DNA from: a virus
Lineage: Duplodnaviria; Caudoviricetes
DNA length: 48,442 nt
Reading direction: 5' to 3' (one strand)
IMG/VR virus record: IMGVR_UViG_3300033067_001096
Span: 1-48,442 of that record
The translations under genes were made by a program, and so were the position numbers. Below the pieces are notes generated by a model. The model made no database searches. It saw nothing but the letters and a program-made list of their open reading frames with translations, and was not told the DNA's origin. Of the stretch, positions 43,467-48,442 are shown piece after piece; the first letter of the stretch is position 1, and every line of letters starts with the position of its first letter.

Positions 43467-45419
43467 TTAGACCTTTGCTTTCGTGTAAGCCCAGAACGAC
43501 GTGATCTCCGCCTTCAGCGGCAACCCTTCGTCCCACTCGTCGTTGCGTTCCATGAGTTCGAGCAAGTCCGCCCGGGCCTCCTTCTCGTAGCACTCGAACG
43601 GCTCGGTCACGATCTCGTCGTGCGTGTGCATGACGGTCGGCATGAACTCTCTGTAGCGACGCCAGGAGCGGTCGTCGTTCTGGTGCCACCCCTTGTTGAG
43701 ACGCTTCAGGGTCCGTCTCAAGATCGACGCCGCTGTCGCCTGGGTCACATTTTCGCAGTTGTGGACAATGAAAGGTCCGCTAGCGCCCAGAACCACGAAA
43801 CGCGATCGGGGTCCGGCGTCGGCGAGGTCATAGACAGGTTCCGGTGCCAACGATAAAGCAGCGTGGAGTGCGGCGCGCCCGTCCGCGCCGCTAGCGCCAG
43901 CATGTTTATAGGCAGGTTCGTGCGCCGGTTTCGGGCCTGCGCTGTGCGCGTCGCCCAGATACAGTTTCCCGGTTCGTAGCCTCTCTCGTTGTCTCTCCGC
44001 TCCAGCGTCAAGCCTCGCTGATAGGTCGGCCCCATATCGGCCCAGAAGGCGGCGAAGCGCCGCCAGCGCGCGCAAACCGATACGCCCCGCCCGCCATAAT
44101 TCTTCCACGCTTGGTGCGAGGGTAGCGTGCAGCGATCCACCATCGAGCGCCATACCCCGTAGACCGGGTGCCGCGTCATGCCGTGGGTTCGATGCTTCGA
44201 CCCGATCCGCTCTGACGTTTCGCACCCGCATGATTGCGGCGAAGGGCGACGATTTGGCCGCGTCCACCCATCGGAGCCAACTACTGTTTCGGCCCCGCAC
44301 TTGCACCGGCACACCCACAGCGCGGACTTCCCGCGCGCGCGCGTCGGGCCTCTCCGCAAAACCGTCAGGGAGCCGAACTGGCGCCCGGTCAAGTCCGTGG
44401 CACTTCCAGGCATCTTGCCACCCTTCCACCGTCAGAACCTTGTGATCGGGCGTCATGTCGACGCCGTCCAGTGGTACGGTAAACTTGTATCCTTGTTTAA
44501 GCAAGCCCCCGTGGCGCACCCACTCGACGCCGTCCCACAGGAGGTCACCATCACACACGTCGACGATGCGTTTCCAGCCGCCGTCCGTAGCGACAAGAGT
44601 GTCGGCGCCGAGACACAGCTTGCCGTACCAGGCCGCCGTGCGGCCGTAGCCCTTGATGAAGGTCAGCTGATAGCGGTCCACCAGCTTCTTCGTCTTCTTG
44701 TCCTCGATCTCGCGCCATTCCCACTTGATGCCGGGGTAGGTCAGCAGCCGGCCGCAGGGCAGCGCGCAGAACAGCGTGCCGCCGAGGTAGCTCCGATCGT
44801 AGACATAGGCCACACGGCCCGCCACGTAGGGCGTATCCGGGTTCTCGATGGCGCTGTTCGCCGCGCCCCACAGGCCGTAGGACCCCTCGCGCCCGTGCTT
44901 GCCCCAGAAGGCCTTGGCCCAGGCGTTGGTCGCGCGCCAGTCTTCGACGACGCGCAGCGCGGTGGCGGTGTCCAGATAGACGCCGTAGTTGGTCGCCATC
45001 GCCGTCAGCGCGCCGAGCCCGCCCCCAAACCCTAGTGATAGGGTTGGGACCTTGCCATAGGCCTGGCGGGCGTCCTTGGCGCTCTTCTCCTCGGCGAGGT
45101 ATTCCTGCCACAGCTCGACCGCGTCGCGGCCGAGAAGCGCCGCCGCCGTCATGATGTAGATGTCCGGCAGCTTCGGATCCGCGTCGTTGGTCCTGAAGAC
45201 GTCGAGCACAGCGTCGCCGCCCGGGCTGGCGGCCAGCCAGGGCAGAACCCGGGCCTCGATCGCCGACCAGTCGCCCCAGACCAGCGTCCGCTGCGGCGCC
45301 GCAATGAACGCCGGCCGCAGCAGCATGGACAGCTTCTTGCTCGGCGGGCTCCCGGCATACTTGCCGGGAACCGCGTCAAGGCTGTGGAAGGCGTCGAGAA
45401 AGGCAGGGGAGACGGTCAT
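43467..45419 (-). CDS. Family A DNA polymerase, C-terminal (catalytic) subunit, intein-containing
   Basis: Motif A DWSAIEARVL, motif B RQ..GKVPTLSLGFGGG, ENVTQA, motif C HTHDEIV. Confidence 0.92.
   Translation of the reverse strand: MTVSPAFLDAFHSLDAVPGKYAGSPPSKKLSMLLRPAFIAAPQRTLVWGDWSAIEARVLPWLAASPGGDAVLDVFRTNDADPKLPDIYIMTAAALLGRDAVELWQEYLAEEKSAKDARQAYGKVPTLSLGFGGGLGALTAMATNYGVYLDTATALRVVEDWRATNAWAKAFWGKHGREGSYGLWGAANSAIENPDTPYVAGRVAYVYDRSYLGGTLFCALPCGRLLTYPGIKWEWREIEDKKTKKLVDRYQLTFIKGYGRTAAWYGKLCLGADTLVATDGGWKRIVDVCDGDLLWDGVEWVRHGGLLKQGYKFTVPLDGVDMTPDHKVLTVEGWQDAWKCHGLDRAPVRLPDGFAERPDARAREVRAVGVPVQVRGRNSSWLRWVDAAKSSPFAAIMRVRNVRADRVEASNPRHDAAPGLRGMALDGGSLHATLAPSVEELWRAGRIGLRALAALRRLLGRYGADLSARLDAGAERQRERLRTGKLYLGDAHSAGPKPAHEPAYKHAGASGADGRAALHAALSLAPEPVYDLADAGPRSRFVVLGASGPFIVHNCENVTQATAASILRRTLKRLNKGWHQNDDRSWRRYREFMPTVMHTHDEIVTEPFECYEKEARADLLELMERNDEWDEGLPLKAEITSFWAYTKAKV
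43745..44413 (-). CDS. HNH homing endonuclease-like protein encoded in an alternative frame inside the intein
   Basis: DLTGRQFGSLTV, WVCRCKCG, SCGC, THGM...VY.VW.SM..RC, YGGRGV.VC.RW..F..F..DMG, TLER.DN..GYEPGNC.WAT...QARNRR. Confidence 0.88.
   Translation of the reverse strand: MPGSATDLTGRQFGSLTVLRRGPTRARGKSALWVCRCKCGAETVVGSDGWTRPNRRPSPQSCGCETSERIGSKHRTHGMTRHPVYGVWRSMVDRCTLPSHQAWKNYGGRGVSVCARWRRFAAFWADMGPTYQRGLTLERRDNERGYEPGNCIWATRTAQARNRRTNLPINMLALAARTGAPHSTLLYRWHRNLSMTSPTPDPDRVSWFWALADLSLSTTAKM
43758..44615 (-). mobile_element. Intein (286 aa) in the DNA polymerase, inserted at YGKL/CENVTQA
   Basis: Block A CLGADTLVAT..GW..I, block B TPDHKVLT, block F VYDL, terminal VHN followed by +1 Cys. 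Confidence 0.92.
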
Positions 45420-45709
45420 TCCATCCCTATCGCCGACTTGTACAGATCGAGGACCGCTTCCTCTTCCTGGCGCTTGGCCTGGTCCATGCGGCGCAGTCGC
45501 ACGAGCGCCCGCACGGCCTTGGTGTCAAAGCCCGTGCCCTTCATCTCGGCGTAAACCCGGGCGACGTCTTCGTTGACCGTCGCGCGCTCTTCCAGCAAGC
45601 GTTCGACGCGCTCGATGAACGCGCGAAGCTGGCCTGCGGCAACGGTCTGGCTAGTCTCGGCGTTCGGCTGGTCGCTGCCGTCGGCGGATGGTGCTCGGGT
45701 ACGTTTCAT
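45416..45709 (-). CDS. GapR-like / DUF2312 (UPF0335) DNA-binding protein
   Basis: VAAGQLRAFIERVERL.EE......D...VYAE.KG.GFDTKA.R.LVRLR.MD...RQEEEA.LDLY..AIGM. Confidence 0.9.
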   Translation of the reverse strand: MKRTRAPSADGSDQPNAETSQTVAAGQLRAFIERVERLLEERATVNEDVARVYAEMKGTGFDTKAVRALVRLRRMDQAKRQEEEAVLDLYKSAIGME

Positions 45710-46929
45710 TTGCTTGGCTCCATGTTGATGTCGTTGATCATCTCGATCGCCGCCGCCTCGAAAGGCCCGAGCGACGAGCGCGTCAAATTATGCGTCTGCA
45801 CACCTTTCGACGAGTAGCGGCCCGTCTGCTGCGCCCCGTTGAAGACGTACTGGCCCTTCAGCCGGCCGCCGTCGTGCTGGTCGCGCATCTTGCCGAACTT
45901 CTGCGGCGACGCCGAGCCGCCGAACTGGCGCACGGTGAGCACGTCGACGATCGCCTGGTCGCGCTCGGACAGTGGGCCCAGCGTGTTGAAGAACGCCAGC
46001 ACGCTTTCGATCCGCGAGCGCTCGAGCGACAGCTTGCCGACCTTCAGGTCGCCCGCGTCGTCATCCTCGGTGCTGGCCTCCTCGTCGAACTCACTGACGA
46101 GCAGCATGCGCGCCTCGGTGTATTCCAGCCGGTCGTAGACCCAATCGGCGATCTTGGCGACCTGCGTCACGGCCGTAACTTGCCCGTTGGTCCAGCGGTT
46201 CAGGAGCGCGTTCGACCGCGCGATGTCAGCCTTCGATACCTCGGCCGCGCGCTCGACGAACGGCACGTCAATCGCTACGCCCCGCTCGTTTATCGCCTCC
46301 GACACCCAATAGTCTTCCCACTCCTCGAAGGGTAGCGCGCGCGTCGCGCGGAACACCTCGCGCAGAACCGCCGTGTCCTGCAGGCCGTAGGACTTGAGCA
46401 GGCTCCACTTCACCGGCTCCGACTGTGGTGTCGCGCCGTCGGGGCCGCAGAAGAGCTGTATCAGCGCCTTGCCGTCCGACTGCTTGCCGGCGATCTTCAG
46501 GCCGCGCGCCGCCCCTTCCAGGGAAGGGGCCAGGTTCGACGCCACGGCCTGCGCCATGACGTCGATCGTCTGGTCGGGCGCCAGCCGGGGGAAGTCGTAG
46601 GTGCCCTCGTTCCACACGTTGCGGTCGAAGCCCATGTTCCAGGCGGCGTACCATGCCTCGCGCTGCTCGACCCGCTTGTGGAACTCGCGCAGCGAGCGCG
46701 GCATCTCGTCCCAGCACAGCCAGTCGCCGTCGAAGCCTCGGTCGAGGCTCACCTCGAAGACCGGCTCGTCGCCGATCGCAAAAGTGCTGACGATCACGAA
46801 GGCGTTCTTCGCGTAGCGGTAGGTGCCTGCGCTCTTCAGGTTACCATCGGATACTGACGCACTTTTCAGTGCGCGCGTCTCTGTGTCGACGAAGCAGATA
46901 TTGTTGATGTCGGCGAGGGGGTTGGTCAA
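45706..46929 (-). CDS. Family A DNA polymerase, N-terminal subunit (3'-5' exonuclease + thumb)
   Basis: FVDTETR (ExoI), AWN.GFDR (ExoII), Y...D (ExoIII), INERGV.ID, GA.QTGR.SS.GVQ.HNL.R; TTG start after GGAGGAG. Confidence 0.9.
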   Translation of the reverse strand: MTNPLADINNICFVDTETRALKSASVSDGNLKSAGTYRYAKNAFVIVSTFAIGDEPVFEVSLDRGFDGDWLCWDEMPRSLREFHKRVEQREAWYAAWNMGFDRNVWNEGTYDFPRLAPDQTIDVMAQAVASNLAPSLEGAARGLKIAGKQSDGKALIQLFCGPDGATPQSEPVKWSLLKSYGLQDTAVLREVFRATRALPFEEWEDYWVSEAINERGVAIDVPFVERAAEVSKADIARSNALLNRWTNGQVTAVTQVAKIADWVYDRLEYTEARMLLVSEFDEEASTEDDDAGDLKVGKLSLERSRIESVLAFFNTLGPLSERDQAIVDVLTVRQFGGSASPQKFGKMRDQHDGGRLKGQYVFNGAQQTGRYSSKGVQTHNLTRSSLGPFEAAAIEMINDINMEPSK

Positions 46930-46968
46930 CTGCTCCTCCGGTTGAAGGCCCCACACTCCCACGCTTCG

Positions 46969-46989
46969 TAGTGCTTGTCAAGAACCATA
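46969..46989 (-). promoter_or_regulatory. Promoter/operator upstream of the DNA polymerase
   Basis: Minus strand TATGGTTCTTGACAAGCACTA, the same imperfect palindrome as at 35398. Confidence 0.55.
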
Positions 46990-47020
46990 AAAAAGACCCC
47001 GCCGATTGCTCGGCGGGGCC
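46989..47020 (-). terminator. Intrinsic terminator after the putative SSB gene
   Basis: GGCCCCGCCGA-GCAA-TCGGCGGGGTC followed by TTTTTT. Confidence 0.85.
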
Positions 47021-47088
47021 AGGGTCAGTGGGGAACTTCCAGGGAGGTGAAAGAAACGCCGACACGCTAGACGCGCGTCGGCGTGCTG

Positions 47089-48036
47089 TCAAGCGCGGCG
47101 ACGTCGGATCGTCTGGCCGCCGGCCGGCTGTTCCGCCGGAGCGGCTTCCTTGGCCGGGCCGTCCAGCTCGGCGAGCTGGGCGAGCAGGGCCTTGCGGCGG
47201 GCTTCCGCCGGGTCTTCGACCGGCTCGGCCTTCGCCTTGTCCGCGTCGGCCTTCGCCTTGTCCGCGTCGGCCTTCTTCTGGGCGATGCGCGCTTCCATCT
47301 GCTCAAGCGTCATGCTGGTCGGGTCGATCGGCGCAGTGGCCAGCTCGGCGGCCTTGCGGGTACGGGCCGCCTTGACCGGCTCCGGTTCCGGCTGCTTGGC
47401 TTCCGGCTCGGCCTTGACGTCTTCGCTTTCGACCGCTTCGACACCGTCGATCGTCGCCCAGCCCGTGACGTTGAGGACCGGAACGTAGGTCTTGCCGTAG
47501 AGCTTGTGCTTGTAGCTGTCGATTTCGAGCGACAGGATCGGCACCACGGCATCGGTGTCTTCGCCGAGCCGGGCGTCGATCGCGCCGAGGAGCTTGTCCA
47601 TCGCCGCGACGCCGCCCACAGACGCCGTCTTGTATAGGACCTGCTCGCCCTTGTCGGTGCCGCCCATGCACTTCATAAGGATCGAATACTGCTGATCCCA
47701 CTCATGCCCGTGGTCCTGCAGCGAAGACTTCGGCGGCAGGGGCGCACCCAGACCGACCATGACTTCACCGAGCGGCCCGCCGGAGTTGTCGGCGCCCTTG
47801 TCGCGGTTCCAGCAAACCCAGCCATGCTGGAGCGACAGCGGGTTTGCGGCCCAGGGCGACCCATCCTCGACTTCGATGTCTTCCTGCCCGTAGCACCAGC
47901 GCCCGTCGCGCCCGACCTTTAGGTAGGGGTCGCCGCCCTTGACCATGATGGTCGACTTGACGTTCTGGATGCCCCGCTTCAGGCCCTTGAGTGCGGCCAG
48001 CGCGCCGGTCGCGGTAGTCTGTGCAATCGCGTTCAT
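47089..48036 (-). CDS. Putative ssDNA-binding/annealing protein
   Basis: Lies between the exonuclease and polymerase genes; aromatic-rich beta core (G.W.YG, HGWVCW, SYKHK.YGKTY.P) and low-complexity tail; function inferred from synteny. Confidence 0.55.
   Translation of the reverse strand: MNAIAQTTATGALAALKGLKRGIQNVKSTIMVKGGDPYLKVGRDGRWCYGQEDIEVEDGSPWAANPLSLQHGWVCWNRDKGADNSGGPLGEVMVGLGAPLPPKSSLQDHGHEWDQQYSILMKCMGGTDKGEQVLYKTASVGGVAAMDKLLGAIDARLGEDTDAVVPILSLEIDSYKHKLYGKTYVPVLNVTGWATIDGVEAVESEDVKAEPEAKQPEPEPVKAARTRKAAELATAPIDPTSMTLEQMEARIAQKKADADKAKADADKAKAEPVEDPAEARRKALLAQLAELDGPAKEAAPAEQPAGGQTIRRRRA
47225..47275. repeat. 21-bp tandem repeat (about 2.4 copies) encoding KADADKA
   Basis: TCGGCCTTCGCCTTGTCCGCG x2 plus a partial copy. 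Confidence 0.9.
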
Positions 48037-48073
48037 GTTTCAGCTTTCTGTTTCAGGTTTCGGTTTCACTTCA

Positions 48074-48109
48074 AAAACGGGCCGCCCAAGCCCGTGTAAG
48101 GGCGGCCCA
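48074..48109 (-). terminator. Terminator-like hairpin between the exonuclease and SSB genes
   Basis: GGGCCGCCC-loop-GGGCGGCCC followed by GTTTTT. Confidence 0.5.
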
Positions 48110-48155
48110 CCACGACACGCTATGGGCGCACAGCCTCGGCCGTGCGTGCGTGGTC

Positions 48156-48416
48156 TCACCGCCCCGTCAGGGCGGCGAGCTTGGTCGACAGCGAAGAGAT
48201 CGTCTTCGCCGTCTGGATTGCTTCCGGCCGTCGATCGCTGGCGGGCGCCAGCGTCGTGCCGGAGGAGACGTTGGCCGTGAACTTGGCGATCTCGGCCTTG
48301 GCCTCTTCGAGCCTGGCCTTCTTCGTCGCGCCCGGCATCTTCTCGGCGAGCGCCTCGCGCAGCTGCGCAGGCGACTTTACCGTCGGCGCCGTCATGGCGT
48401 CCTGCGGCTCGACGCC
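48156..48416 (-). CDS. 3' part of the Cas4-like exonuclease (continuation of 1-1141)
   Basis: KSPAQL and SSGTTLAP.SD.RP are typical of the DUF2800-like C-terminus; in frame across the junction. Confidence 0.85.
   Translation of the reverse strand, partial: GVEPQDAMTAPTVKSPAQLREALAEKMPGATKKARLEEAKAEIAKFTANVSSGTTLAPASDRRPEAIQTAKTISSLSTKLAALTGR
48341..48416. repeat. Terminal direct repeat, copy 2
   Basis: Identical to 1-76. Confidence 0.95.
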
Positions 48417-48442
48417 TATCTTCGTGGCGAAGATCGGCAGTA

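Noticed and set aside
42533-43673. Diversity-generating retroelement TR/VR pair (BPP-1-like phages carry DGRs)
   Set aside because: Differences between the copies are not adenine-specific and are largely synonymous; no reverse transcriptase is present
45416-45709. Group I intron or split intein joining the polymerase halves
   Set aside because: The gap is fully occupied by a coupled ORF; no intein termini or intron core at the break
48341-48416. Biological terminal repeat or att site
   Set aside because: It falls mid-gene, its length is typical of an assembler overlap, and no integrase is present
1-48442. T7-like (Autographiviridae) assignment, temperate lifestyle, Z-genome pathway or tRNA genes
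   Set aside because: I could not recognise a single-subunit RNA polymerase, integrase, parA, purZ or tRNA cloverleaf; absence judged by eye only

Overview
The window looks like a complete, circularly permuted genome (about 48.3 kb, GC-rich) of a podovirus-type dsDNA phage. Bases 1-76 are repeated at 48341-48416, and one gene runs across that junction. The host is probably an alphaproteobacterium (inferred from a GapR/DUF2312 homologue and the GC content). I see no integrase or phage RNA polymerase. Modules: (1) replication: Cas4-like exonuclease, putative SSB, family A DNA polymerase, primase-helicase with a probable origin, VRR-NUC nuclease and SNF2 helicase; (2) a short + strand early operon; (3) a long - strand late operon: terminases, T7/BPP-1-like portal, scaffold, SPP1-gp13-like capsid protein, head accessories including a GH26 glycosidase, tail tube A/B, ejection proteins including a 2781-aa polyvalent protein, tailspike and lysis cassette. 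Most notable: an intein in the polymerase carrying an HNH endonuclease in a different, overlapping reading frame; three pseudoknotted type II hammerhead ribozymes punctuating the early operon; a polymerase split in two by a gapR-like gene; a small gene apparently nested inside the polyvalent protein; and a diverged tandem duplication that copies the polymerase C-terminus. All assignments come from motif recognition by eye; no searches were run.
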